Of a stretch of 64,000 nt of DNA, positions 14,260 through 26,763 are shown in pieces (the first letter of the stretch is position 1; the number at the start of each line of letters is the position of its first letter). This stretch comes from Mobula hypostoma. Taxonomy: Eukaryota. The stretch is taken from NCBI RefSeq assembly GCF_963921235.1, contig NC_086098.1:2542001-2606000 (forward strand). The letters run 5' to 3'. The position numbers and the translations under genes were made by a program. The notes under the pieces were generated by a model. The model did not search any database and was not told where the DNA came from. It saw only the letters and a program-made list of their open reading frames with translations.

Positions 14260-16685
14260 TCTGGCAGACTGGGTCTCTGGAGAGGGAGTTTGTAGAATGC
14301 CTACGGGATGGCTTTTTGGAGCAACTTGTCCAGAACCTCACCAGGTGACCGGCTGTTTTGGATTGGGTGCCGTGTAATGAACCTGAGGCGATTAGGGAGC
14401 TGGAGGTAATGGAACCCCTTGGAAGTAGTGATCATAATATGATTGAGTTCAGTTTCAAATTTGAAAAGGAGAAGCTGGTATCAGGTGTATCGATATTTCA
14501 GTGGAACAGGGGAAATTACAGTGGTATGAGAGAGGAACCGGCCCAAGTTGATTGGAAAAGTAAGCTAGATGGAGGGACGGCAGAGCAGAATTGGATGAAA
14601 TTCCTACAAGAAATAAGGAAAATGCAGGAAAAATATACTCCAAGAAAAAAGAAAATCATGAATGGAAAAATGGCACAAATGTGGCTAACGAGAGAGGTTA
14701 AGGCTAAAATAAAAGCAAAAGAGACAGCGTACAAGGAAGCAAAAATTAGTGGGAAAACTGAGGACTGGACAACTTTTAAAAACTTACAGAAGGAAACTAA
14801 AGTCATTAGGAAAGAAAAGAGGAATTATGAAAGGAAGTTGGCAATTAACATTAAAAAGGATACTAAGAGTTCTTTTTAAATATATGAAGAGTGAAAGAGT
14901 GACACGGGTAGATATAGGACCGATTGAAAATGATGCTGGAGAAATTATAATGGGTAACAAAGAGATGGCAGAGGAACTAAATGAGTATTTTGCATCAGTC
15001 TTCACAGTGGAAGACATGAGCAATATACCTGATAGCCAGAGGTCTCAGGGAATAGAATTAGGTACAGTCAAGATTACTAGAGAGAAAGTGCTTGGGAAGT
15101 TAAATGGACTAAGAATAGATAAGTTTTCCGGACCGGTTGACGTGTACCCATGGGTTCTGAAGGAGGTGGCTTTGGAGATTGTGGAGGCATTGGAAATAAT
15201 CTTCCAGGAATCAATAGACTCTGGCATGGTTCCGCAGGACTGGAAGGTCACAAATGTAGTTCCGCTGTTTAAGAAAGGAGGGAGGCAGCAAAAAGAAAAT
15301 TACAGACCTATTAGTCTGACATCGGTAGTTGGAAGGTTATTGGAGTTGATCCTCAAGGACGAGGTTATGAAATACCTCGAGGTGCATCACAAGATAGGCC
15401 CAAGCCAGCATGGTTTCATGAAGGGAAGATCCTGCCTTACCAACCTATTGGAATTTTTTGAGGTAATCTCAAATAAGATTGACAAGGGAGAGGCTGTGGA
15501 TTTGGATTTTCAAAAGGCCTTCGATAAGGTGCTGCACATGAGGCTGCTTAATAAGATGAGAGCCCATGGAATTATAGGAAAGATATTGGAATGGGGGAGC
15601 ATTGGCTGATAGGCAGAAAGCAAAGGGTGGGAATAAAGGGATCCTATTCTGATTGGTTGCCGGTTACTAGTGGTGTTCCGCAGGGGTCAGTGTTGGGGCC
15701 GCTTCTTTTCACAATGTATATCGATGATTTAGATTATGGATTAAATGGTCTTGTGGCTAAGTTTGCGGCTAACACCAAGATAGGTGGAGGAGCAGGAAGT
15801 GTTGAAGAAACGGAAAGGTTGCAGAGAGACTTGGTCAGTTTAGGAGAGTGGACAAAGAAATGGCAGATGAGATACAATGTTGAGGAATGTACAGTGGTAC
15901 ATTTTGGAAGAAGAAATAATCGGGCAGATTATTATTTAGACGGGGAGAAAATACAAAAATCGTAAGTGCAAAGGGACTTGGGGGGTCCTCGTGCAGGATA
16001 CCCTGAAGGGTAACCACCAGGTTGAATCAGCGGTAAGGAAAGCGAATGCTATGTTGGCATTCGTTTCAAGAGGAATAGTGTATAAGAGTAAGGAGGTGTT
16101 GATGAGGCTCTATGGGGCACTGGTGAGGCCTCATTTGGAATACTGTGTGCAGTTTGGGCCCCCCATCTTAGAAGAGATGTACTGATGTTGGAGAGAGTTC
16201 AGAGAAGATTTACGAGGATGATTCCTGGAATGCAGGAGCTAACATATGAGGAGCGTTTGTCGGCTCTTGGACTGTATTCATTAGAGTATAGAAAAATGAG
16301 AGGGGATCTCAGAGAAACATTTTGAATGTTGAAAGGGTTGGACAGAGGAGATGTGGAAAGGCTGTTTCTCTTGGTGGGTGAGTCCAGGACAAGAGGCCAC
16401 AGTCTTAGAATTAGAGGGTACCCATTTAAAACAGAGATGAGGAGAAATATTTTTAGCCAGTGGGTTGTGAATTCGTTGCCACCTACAGCTGTGGAGGCCC
16501 GATCATTAAGGGTGTTTAAGGAGGAGATTGATAGGTATCTAATTATTCAGGGTATCAAAGGATATGGGGAAAAAGCCGGAAATTGGAATTAGATGGGAGA
16601 ATAGTTTAGCTGATGGTGGAGTGGCAGAGCTGACTCAATGGGCCGAATGGCCTGCTTCTGCTCTTTTGTCTTGTGATCTTGTGAC
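14260..16685 (+). mobile_element. CR1 LINE ORF2 (end of endonuclease, RT, 3' UTR), frameshifted
   Basis: ORFs 14358..14879 (LGSSDHNMIEF), 14749..15609 (YRPISLTS, QHGFMKGRSCLTNL, DFQKAFDKV) and 15591..15965 (GVPQGSVLGP); tail tcttgtga repeats. Confidence 0.95.
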
Positions 16686-17448
16686 TGGGTGCATGAGATC
16701 TACCGCGAGATCCAGTGGCGAGGAAGGCGGCTCTGCAGCTCTCTGTGGAGACCAAAGGTCATGACAAGGCTCAGAAGATGACATGGTCATCCACTGCAGC
16801 CAAGGAAGACCCCCGTTTGTGATGGAGAAGGGGTTAAAAGGGGATGAAGTGAGAATGGGAGGTGACTGGTGCAAGTTGTAAAGGGCGGAAGAAGTTGGTG
16901 CTGATGAAGGGTCTCGGCTTGAAATGATGACTGTTTATTCCTCTTCCGAGATGCTGCCAGCACTTTGTGTATGTTGCTCTAGATTTCCAGCATCTGCAGA
17001 ATCACTTAAGACCATAAGACCATAAGACATAGGAGCAGAACTCGGCCATCTGGTCCATTGAGTCCGCGCTGCCATTCAATCATGGCTGATCCTTTTTTCC
17101 TGTCTCCTCCTCAATCCCAGTTCCCGGCCTTCTCCCCGTAACCGTTGATGCCATGTTCGATCAAGAACCTAAATGCACTTGTGTATGAATAAGAAGGAAT
17201 CTAAAAAGAGAGGACAGTGGACATGGAATAAAGGGAAGGAAGCAAGAACTAGCGGGCAGAAAATACAAGTGATGGGCAGGTCGTAGTGTGGGAGACGAGT
17301 AACAGTGGGGTGAAGGGGTCTGTCGGATATTTTAGAATTTGTCTGATAGTTTAATTGACAGACATCGTTGGAAATCAATGGAAATACCTTCAAACTGAAG
17401 AAAACACACAGAACTTAATTTTCAGTTGCCATGGAATAATCAGATTAC

Positions 17449-17621
17449 CTTTCTTGCTCCAAACTGCAAGGCCTTTTGGCCGAGTTTTTTTGGTCCACCC
17501 AGAGTCTTGCCGTTATCTGTTGGCCCCCAACAACAGTTGTAGATGTCAATGTAATCATTGTTGTAAGTGAAAGCTGTGGCTTCCGTAGCGTCCGTAACAA
17601 GACCACCCAACAAGCGAATAC
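17449..17621 (-). CDS. Proprotein convertase exon C, 173 nt, (G)IRLLGGLVTDATEATAFTYNNDYIDIYNCCWGPTDNGKTLGGPKKLGQKALQFGARK
   Basis: Acceptor cag and donor gtaatc, phase 1 to 0, in frame with both neighbours. Colinear with furin GVRMLDG..YSASWGPEDDGKTVDGP; ORF 17440..17628. Confidence 0.96.
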
Positions 17622-17744
17622 CTGTCATTTAAAACATGCTTTTAACTTCAAAGTTAAAGTCAATTTATTATCGAAGTAGGTACATGTCACCTTATACTAC
17701 CTTGAGATTCATTTTTCTGCAGGCATTCACAGTAGAACAAAGAA

Positions 17745-19010
17745 ATAGAAATATAGAAACATAGAAAACCTACATCACAATGCAGGCCCTTCGGCCCATC
17801 ATGCTGTGCCGAACATGTCCTTACCTTAGAACTACCAAGGGTTACCCATAGCCCTCTATTTTTCTAAGCTCCATGTACCTATCCAGGGGTCTCTTAAAAG
17901 ACCCTATCGTATCTGCCTCCACCACTGTCACTGGCAGTGCTTTCCACGCACTCACCACTCTCTGCGTAAAAAACTTAGCCCTGACATCTCGTCTGTACCT
18001 ACTTCCAAGCACCTTAAAACTATGCCCTCTCACGCTAGCCATTTCAGCCCTGGGAAAAAGCCTCTGACTATCCACACAATCAATGCCTCTCATCATCTTT
18101 CACACCTCTATCAGGTCACATCTCATCCTCCATCGCTCCGAGGAGAAAAGGCTGAGTTCACTTAACCTATTCTCATAGGGCATACTCCCCAATCCCGGCA
18201 ACATCATTGTAACTATCCTCTGTTTCCTTTCTATGGTTTCCACATCCTTCCTGTTGTGAGGTGACCAGAACTGAGCACAGTACTCCAAGTGGGGTCTGAC
18301 AGGGTCCTATATAGCTGCAACATTACCTCTCAGCTCCTAAACTCAGTCCCATGATTGATGAAGGCTAATGCACCGTATGCCTTCTTAATCACAGAGTCAA
18401 ACTGCGTAGCAGCTTTGAGTGTCCTATGGACTCAGACCCCATGATCTATCTGATCCTCCGCACTGTCATTACCATTAATGCTATATTCTGCCATTATATT
18501 TGACCTACCAAAACGAACCACCTCACACTTATCTGGGTTGAACTCCATCTGCCACTTCTCAGCCCAGTTTTGCATCCTATAGATGTCCCTCTGTAACCTC
18601 TGACAGCCCTCCACACTATCCACAACACCTCCAACAAATTTACAAATTTGTCATCAGCAAATTTACTAACTCATCCCTCCATTTCCTTATCCAGGTCATT
18701 TATTAAAATCACAAAGAGAAGGGGTCCCAGAACAAATCCTTGAGGCACACCACTGGTCACCGACCTCCCTGCAGAATATGACACATCTACAACCACTCTT
18801 TGCCTTCTGTGGGCAAGTCAATTCTGGATCCACAAAGCAATGTCCCTTGGATCCCATGCCTCCTTACTTTCTCAATAAGCCTTGCATGGGCTACCTTATC
18901 AATTGCCTGCTGAAGTCCATATACACTACATCTACTGCTCTACCTTCATCAATGTGTTTCGTCAGATCCTCAAAAGATTCAATCAGGCTCATAAGGCACG
19001 ACCTGCCTTT
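17745..19010 (-). mobile_element. CR1 LINE 3' part, (ttctatgt)n subfamily
   Basis: ORFs 17842..18096, 18100..18288 and 18432..18623; tail gaaatatagaaacatagaaaa on plus. Confidence 0.93.
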
Positions 19011-19665
19011 GATACAACAGAATAAAAAAAAACTATACACAAAGACTGACAAGCAGCCAATGTGTAAAAGAAGACAACGTGTGCAAATTAAAAATAATAA
19101 TAAATTATTAACTAAGTAATAATATTGAGAACATGAGTAAAGACACCTTGACAGTGAGTCCATAGGTTGTGGAATCAGTTTAGAGTTGAGGTGAGTGAAG
19201 TTATTCCCTCTGGTTCAGCAACCTGATAGTTGTAGGGTAATAATTGTTCCTGAACCTGGTGATGAAGTTCCTGTACGTCTTGCCCCATAGCAGAGTGACA
19301 GAAGAACATGGCTTGGATGGTGGGGCTAACTGATGATGGATGCTGCTTTCTTAGGAAGCGCACCTTAAATAGCTACAATATATTTTAAACCACGAAGACT
19401 TGTTGACTGTATTTGAAATTAAACCATTTGGCCAATCTCTAACAAAAGAGAATCAAACACTAGTGTCTTGTGAGATATGTTCTGGTGATGATGCATTCTG
19501 CCAAATGGCTTTGACTACCTGCTTGGGGTACCATCCTTTTCCAAAGTTGATACAATTGCCCTTGACCCACTTTTGGTTTCTGAACATCTCTGAGGATGAA
19601 GAACCTCTTGATGTTCTCCACAATCACTTCCCGATTTTAGGTCATCCTGCCAACTTTGAATGATT

Positions 19666-19898
19666 AGCAACACACATCAAAGTTGCTGGTGAACGCAGCA
19701 GGCCAGGCAGCATCTCTAGGAAGAGGTACAGTCGATGTTTCAGGCCGAGACCTTTCGTCAGGATGGAGGGTCTCAGTCCGAAACGTCGACTGTACCTCTT
19801 CCTAGAGATGCTGCCTGGCCTGCTGCGTTCACCAGCAACTTTGATGTGCGTTGCTTGAATTTCCAGTATCTGCAGAATTGCTCGTGTTTACATTTTTA
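19666..19898. repeat. Penelope-derived inverted terminal repeat, about 190-bp hairpin, with a 14-bp TSD
   Basis: 19666-19855 is self-complementary and nearly identical to the Penelope terminus at 53541-53635. TSD aactttgaatgatt (19652-19665) and aacttcgaatgatt (19899-19912). Confidence 0.9.
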
Positions 19899-20564
19899 AA
19901 CTTCGAATGATTGTTGCTCAAACTCAAACTTGTTAACTGGTATTAATATCTAAGCCCATTGAGGTCATAGGCTGCCAACAGTAGTTCATTAGAGTTTCCT
20001 GTCCTGGGACAATCTTTCAAATGGGACAGGTGTAGCCCATCTTCAAAGATCCTTGCTTCCCCAGGGATAAGGTCTTTGGAGCTTCTGTTAGTGTTTCTGT
20101 AGCTCTGGGTTTTTACTGGATGAGATTGTCAGCCCATGTCCTCGACTCCATCCTTCACAGCAGGGTTTGAGACTGTCCATACGGGAGTTAGTACAGTTAT
20201 ATCTACACTAATATAAGGCTGAATTAAAAGCTCCGATATATATTTGCTAACAAGCCAGCATATGGTTTTACATTGGAGAGTTACTCACATGGATTACACC
20301 ATTACTATTTGATTAGTATACTTAGTGACACATAGACAACTCCAAATGGTTGAGTTCATCATTTATATGATAATGAATGTATGTTATATGCTAATATGTT
20401 GACTGTTCATACAGATTATGTGGCAGGAAGGAGAAATGGTGAGTAGCTGGGAATATAGCCAATTCCATCTATTCCGATACGTTACTTATTGCATTGGTAT
20501 TATCCTAAAGTGTGTCTTTCACTGTAACACACTCTCAGATACATTAGCTATTTGCAAGTTAATA

Positions 20565-20972
20565 TACACCTAGTGGCCACTTTATGAGGTACACCTGTAC
20601 ACTTGCTTGTTAATGCAAATATCTAATCAGCCAATGATCTGGCAGCAATTCAATGCCTAAAAGCATGCAGACATGGTCAAGATGCTCAACTGGTGTTCAG
20701 GCTAAATATCAGACTGGGGAAGAAATGTGATCTAAGTGACTTTGACTGTCGAATGATTCTCGGTACCAAAGAGGGTGGTTTGAGTATCTCAGAAAATGCT
20801 GATCCTCAGGGACTTTCATGCACAACAATCTCTAGAATTACAGAGAATGGAGTGAAAAACAAAACTCATCCAGTAAGCAGCAGTTCTGTGTGTGAAAACA
20901 CCTTGTTAATGACAGAGGTCAGAGGAGACTGGCCAGTCTGGTTCAAGCTGCCAGAAAGGGGACAGTAACTCA
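20565..20972 (+). mobile_element. Tc1-like transposon 5' part with transposase N-terminus
   Basis: TIR tacacctagtggccactttatgaggtacac. ORF 20693..20968 GKKCDLSDFDCRMILGTKEGGLSISENAD resembles the Tc1 N-terminal helix-turn-helix. Confidence 0.8.
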
Positions 20973-21179
20973 CCGTCCCTTCTCTCCCAACTACCTACCT
21001 TCCCCCTCACTTGGTTTCATCTACCCGCTGCCAGCTTGTACTCCTTCCTCTCCTTCCCATCTTGTTAGTTTGGTGTCTTCCACTTTCCTTTCTAGTCTTG
21101 ATGAAGGGTTTTGGCCCAAAATATCAACTGTTTATTTCTCTCCATAGATGCTGCCTGACCTGTTGAGTTCCTCCAGCAC

Positions 21180-21600
21180 TTAAGACCATAAGACCATAAG
21201 ACATAGGAGCAGAATTAGTCCACCTAGCCCATCAAGTCTGCTCCGCCATTCATTCATGGCTGATTCTATTTTTTCTCCTCCTCAACCCCAGTTCCTGGCC
21301 TTCTCCCCATAACCTTTGTTGCCATGTCCAATCAAGAACCTATCAAGCTCTGCCTTAAATACACCCAACGACCTGGCTTCCACAGCTGCATGTGGCAACA
21401 AATTCCATAAATTCGCCATCCTTTGGCTAAAGAAATTTCTCTACATCTCTGTTTAGAAAGGGCACCCCTCTATCCTGAGTCTGTGCTCTTTTGTCCTAGA
21501 CTCTCCCACCATGGGAAACATCCTTTCCACATCTACTCTGTCTAGGCCTTTCAACATTCGAAAGCTTTCAATGATATTCTCCCACCCAACCTTCAGAATT
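21180..21600 (-). mobile_element. CR1 3' end inside a Penelope terminal fragment
   Basis: (taagacca)n tail on plus; ORF 21453..21653 has MLKGLDRVDVERMFPMVGESRT. Confidence 0.8.
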
Positions 21601-22477
21601 CCAGAATTTTGTGTGTGTAGCTCTGAATTCCTACGAATCTGTTGTGTTGACATCTAATTTTATTCTCAGAATGCAAGATTAACATCTAAGATAAATAATC
21701 AATTTCAACTACATGTGCAAAGAGATCCTACTCTCTGTAAATCCAGTATGGTTGTATGCAGAGTTATTGGTTTTGCTAGATTTAAATAAAAAATACTGGA
21801 TACGTATGTTGTGGAAGTGCATGACTTCTGAGTACAAATGCACAAACTGTGTCAAGAAATTTGCAGAGAGGGTACCAAAGGCACACACATGTTTCCTTGT
21901 GAGCCAGGTACGCTTTTAGCATGTGAATGAAGTAATTTATTCTCCCTCTCCCAAAAGTCTCTGTCACCTCTGCAACTAAAGAGAGGCATAAGAGCAGTCC
22001 AGTGAGTGCTCTTCTTTAAGGAAGGCACTCATCCTTAACTGGGATTCCTCCCCTGATGGTGCGATTCACCTGTGCGTGGGAATACAGACAGAAACTCCAT
22101 CCAGCGAAAGTCAGTCTCAACAACACTTTCCTTTGCAGATTCATAAACGCCTCTCCACCTCTCTTTAAATGTGATCATGCAAAACACAACGATACTTGAG
22201 TTGCTATAGAAACAGCCATTGAAAAATTGGTACCTTTGAAATTCTCTTTTATCCTTATGTTATCAGTGCATGTAACACTGGGAGGGGGCAGACGTTGTTC
22301 TCTATTTTGGATATGCAATAAACAATATAATAGCCCTGGATCAAGGAGAAAGCTTGACGCATGTGCAAAACATCCAACCATTAGAAACTCTGCAAAAATT
22401 CAACCATTGGACCGGTTTTATGACAGCTCGGTTCTTCAACCTTTCCAAAGAAAGTACAGATATAATGTACTCTTACT

Positions 22478-23165
22478 TCAGTGGTTGGTGAGTTGATGGA
22501 GGAAATCCCGAGAGGCAGGATTTATGAACATTTGGAGAGGCATAATATGATTAGGAATAGTCAGCATGGCTTTGTTAAAGGCAGGTCGTGCATTATGAGC
22601 CTGATCGAATTTTTTGAGGATGTGACTAAACACATTGATGAAGGTAGAGCAGTAGATGTGGTGTATATGGATTTCAGCAAGGCATTTGGTAAGGTACCCC
22701 ATGCCAGGATTATTGAGAAAGTAAGGAGGCATGGGATCCAAGGGGACATTGCTTTGTGGATCCTGAACTGGCTTACCCACAGAAGGCAATGAGTGGTTGT
22801 AGATGGGTCATATTCTCCATGGAGGTCGGTGACCAGTGGTGTACCTCAGGGATCTGTTCTGGGACCCCTACTGTTTATGATTATTATAAATGACCTGGAT
22901 GAAGAAGTGGAGGGATGGGTTAGTAAATTTGCTGACGGCACAAAGGCTGGAGGTGTTGTAGATAGTGTAGAGGGCTGTCAGAGGTTACAGCAGGACATTG
23001 ATAGGATGCAAAAATGGGCTGAGAAGTAGCAGATTGATTTCAAACCAGATAAGCATGAGGTGGTTTATTTTGGTAGGTCAAATATGATGACAGAACGTAG
23101 TATTAATGGTAAGACTCTTGGCAGTGTGGAGGATCAGAGGGATCTTGGGGTCCGAGTCTATAGGA
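22478..23165 (+). mobile_element. CR1 RT fragment
   Basis: ORFs 22481..22792 (QHGFVKGRSC, YMDFSKAF) and 22793..23029 (GVPQGSVLGP). Confidence 0.92.
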
Positions 23166-23189
23166 ATTCAAAGTCAATGGAATATAGTG

Positions 23190-23960
23190 TTCCTTATGTG
23201 ATTCCATTGTCTCTAAGTTCCTCTCTTCTAATCTCCCCCGGCACGTATCCCTGCAAGTGACTGATGTGCTACACCTGCCTATTCACCACCTCCTTCATCT
23301 CCATGCAGGTGAGGCAATATTTCACCTGTGGATCTGCCGGTGTTGTCTACTGTATCCAATGCTCCCAATGAATCCTCCTCTACAATGGTGAGACCCACTG
23401 AAAATTGGGTGACTGCTTTGCTGAGCACCTACACTTTATCTGCAAAAAAGCAGAATTTCTCGGTGGCCATACATTTTAATTCCAATCCCATTCTCATCAG
23501 CCCATGGTCTCCTCCTCATGAGGGTGGAGAAGCAGCACCTTATATTCCATCTAGCTAGCCTCCAACCTGATGGGATGAACACTGATTTTTCCTTCCCCCT
23601 TCCTCCTTCTTTCATCCCCCCACTCTGACCTCTTACTTCCTCTCCTCACCTGCCTCTCACTTCCCCTTGTTGCTCTTCCTCCTTCCCTTTCTCCCAAGGT
23701 CCACTCTCCCCCCCTATCAGATTCCTTCTTTTCCAGCCCTTCACCTTTTCTACGTATCTTCTCCCAGTCTCTACTTCATACCCCATCCCCAGACACCTGG
23801 CTTCACCTATCACCTTCTAGCTTGTCCCCCTTCCCCTCCCTCCACTTTCTAATAGGTTGTCTTCCCTCCCTCCTTTCCGGTCCTGAAAAAGGGTCTCGGC
23901 CTGAAACTTCAACTGTTTATTCATTTCACCTGCTGAGTTCCTTTACCATTTTGTGTGGGT
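23190..23960 (+). mobile_element. Penelope-like element 3' fragment (GIY-YIG remnant, pyrimidine tract, terminal repeat)
   Basis: Colinear with the reverse complement of 53541-54350. Confidence 0.8.
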
Positions 23961-24786
23961 TGCTCTGTGTACTGTGTTTGGTGCATGAGGTCAAAGATGA
24001 ATCTCTGCTCCTGGAGTTCTTACTCAGGTTTAGTCATAGAAATCTTCTGTTCAAACAGTATTGAAGGTGGGGAAAGTAACTTGAGAAATCAGTGACAATG
24101 AGTGGGCTAGCAAGCTGATGAAGAAGTAAGTGCCAGATTCTGACACTTAGTCGTCAAATGGAATAGCAGATGGAATGGAAATAAGGGAATGCTAATGATG
24201 GATGTTGAGGGAGCTGACAGGAAGTGATGCAGGAGATCTCTCAATATGACTCGATAATTAGGATTGGAAACAAGGAAGAACATCTTCAACAAGCTGAGAG
24301 ACAGGGAAACGGCTAGAGTTGTCACGTTCATTGATGCCTGCAGATCGAGTGAAAAGAATAAAGGATAGTTGTAAACAAAAAAGATGCTGGAAATCCAAAG
24401 CACACACATAAAATGCTAGAGGAACTCAGCGGGTCAATGGAGAGGAATAAATAGTCAACATTTCAGGGTGAGACCCTTCGTCAGATCAATTTCAGAGCTA
24501 GTTGATCTTTTCTGGAAGTTTGCCAATGAGGGATATTACATGCAAGTGTATATTATTTCTGTTCTATTATAAAGTGTAAGAATATTATGTTTTGATCATT
24601 CTCAGAATTTCACTATTTTGTAAATTATTACTTAATTCCCAGAAGTAGAGTTGTCAGTCTTCTGCCATAGATATTTGTAGCCGTGAAATATATAAAAAGT
24701 ATGTATTATATAGTTTGTACACTATGTTTTGGAATTATGGAGCAAATATGATTCACTAACACTCTATACTATGGTTAAACACTTAC

Positions 24787-24875
24787 CTCCAACTCTTGCA
24801 TTGTAAGCGATGCCTACGCCACAAAAGGAATTATTGGCCTCCATTGCAACCTCACCAGCACATCGAGTACCATGG
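24787..24875 (-). CDS. Proprotein convertase exon B, 89 nt, [29 protein letters not shown], catalytic His
   Basis: Acceptor ttctgttccacag and donor gtaagt. HGTRCAGE is the signature around the catalytic His; visible in ORF 24764..24976. Confidence 0.97.
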
Positions 24876-26763
24876 CTGTGGAACAGAATAGTATGTTTAC
24901 TGCAGTGACAACTTGCCTTCATCAGACGGCTTTCAGAACTCAACATCTCTAAACAAGTGTACCATGCATCTTTCATGTACTTGTGTAAGCAGCATTTCTA
25001 ACAGTCTGATGAGTAAACAGTAAAGGATTTCTTCATTTAATTGATTCGCTATAAACATTATGCAGATAATTCTTAACTTAATATTTCTATTTAGAGATAT
25101 GGTGCAGAACAGGCCTTGCCGGCCTATTGAACCACGTGACCCAGCAACCCACCGATTTAACACTAGCCTAATCACACGACAATTTACAGTGACCAATTAA
25201 CCTACTAACTAGTTAGTCTCTGGACTGTGGGAGGAAACTGGAGCACCCGGAGGGAAACCACACAGACACACAGCGGAAGAAAGTACAAATTATTCACAGA
25301 GGACACTGGAATTGAACTCCAAACTCGGACACTTCAACCTGTAATAGCATCTCACTAATTGCTAAGCTACCGTGGTGTCCCACAGGAAAGGTGGAAATGT
25401 GGCTATTTAGATAAGTGAAGAGCATTTGTTGACCATAGACGTAAGACTCAAGGATTCAAAGTACCTTTATTATCAAAGTGTCTCTGCAGTATACAACACT
25501 TCCCACAGACAGCCACAAAAACATGGAACCAATTTAAACGAAAAACCATCAACCCCTCCCATGCGCAAAACAAAAACAAATCGCACAAAACGGCAACACA
25601 AAAAAATGAATGAAAAACAGAACATAAAACACAAAATCAAAAGAGTCCAGGCATATTCAGTTCAACTCAGTGTTAGTTATCTGAAAGGCATGCCAATTCA
25701 AAATCAAAAAATGGAGAGACCAGAAACCACAAATGCGTCATGACGTGAACGACAGACTCCAAACCACAAACCACATTAATTGATCCTAGCCCAAGACTCA
25801 GGAATCCAGCACCATCCTCTGAAAGCATTGAAAGACAAGAGAGACCACTTGAATGCAGGGACCTTCCTTCGGGTGTAGCGAGCAAGAGGGAGAGAGAGAG
25901 ATTGCTACACACAGACATCTTCCCCTAGCAGCAGTGAGCAAGGAACTGGTAGTCAAAGCTGAACACCAACTTACTCTCTGCACTCACCTCAATGATTTCA
26001 ATTTTCCTTGGTGCTTTAACCAGCAACGTCAGTGAGAAATAGAGCTGACTATTGGTTCACACTCTGTCTCTAGGCTTCCTGGCCTGCAGGCCACAGGCTT
26101 CGCCCAAAACCTCACAGAACCCTCTCAGAGACAGCAAAGCGGCAGATAGCTCAATAACCCAAAAACACACACCCGTATGTATAACACAGACTCCGACAGT
26201 AGTAGAACCACATTTGAAAGAAAAAGAAGAGGTAAAAGAAGTAAAAGAAGTAGTTTCATGAACCATCTGAAGGACATAGAAAATGTCCAAAGAAAAGAAG
26301 GACATTGCCCTTGGTCGTGTTGTTCAGGGGTGACACTGAAGATCCCTCATCACTGATGTGTGGATGCTTTGTGGAAGCACTTGCTTGTGTGATCACTTCA
26401 TAACCTCCTCCGATGCACAGCATAGTAGACACGAGGTGTGTCACAAACAAAATGATGGAGAAACTTAGCAGGTCAGGCAGCATCTATGAGAAAAGTCTGA
26501 GGAGAATGGCCAGACCGGTTCAAGCTGACTGGAAGGTGACAGTAACTCAAATAACCACGCGTTACAACAGTGGTGTGCAGAAGAGCATCTCTGAATGCTC
26601 AGCATGTCGAACCTTGAAGTGGAGAGGTTCAAGACCCTGACTGTACAGGAGGTACCTAATAAAGTGGCCAGAATGTACAGAAGCTGCCACTTCACTTTTT
26701 AGAACAGCAACTCAGCCAGTAAACACATCCACAGATACAATAAAAATCATTAGCAGTGGACAG

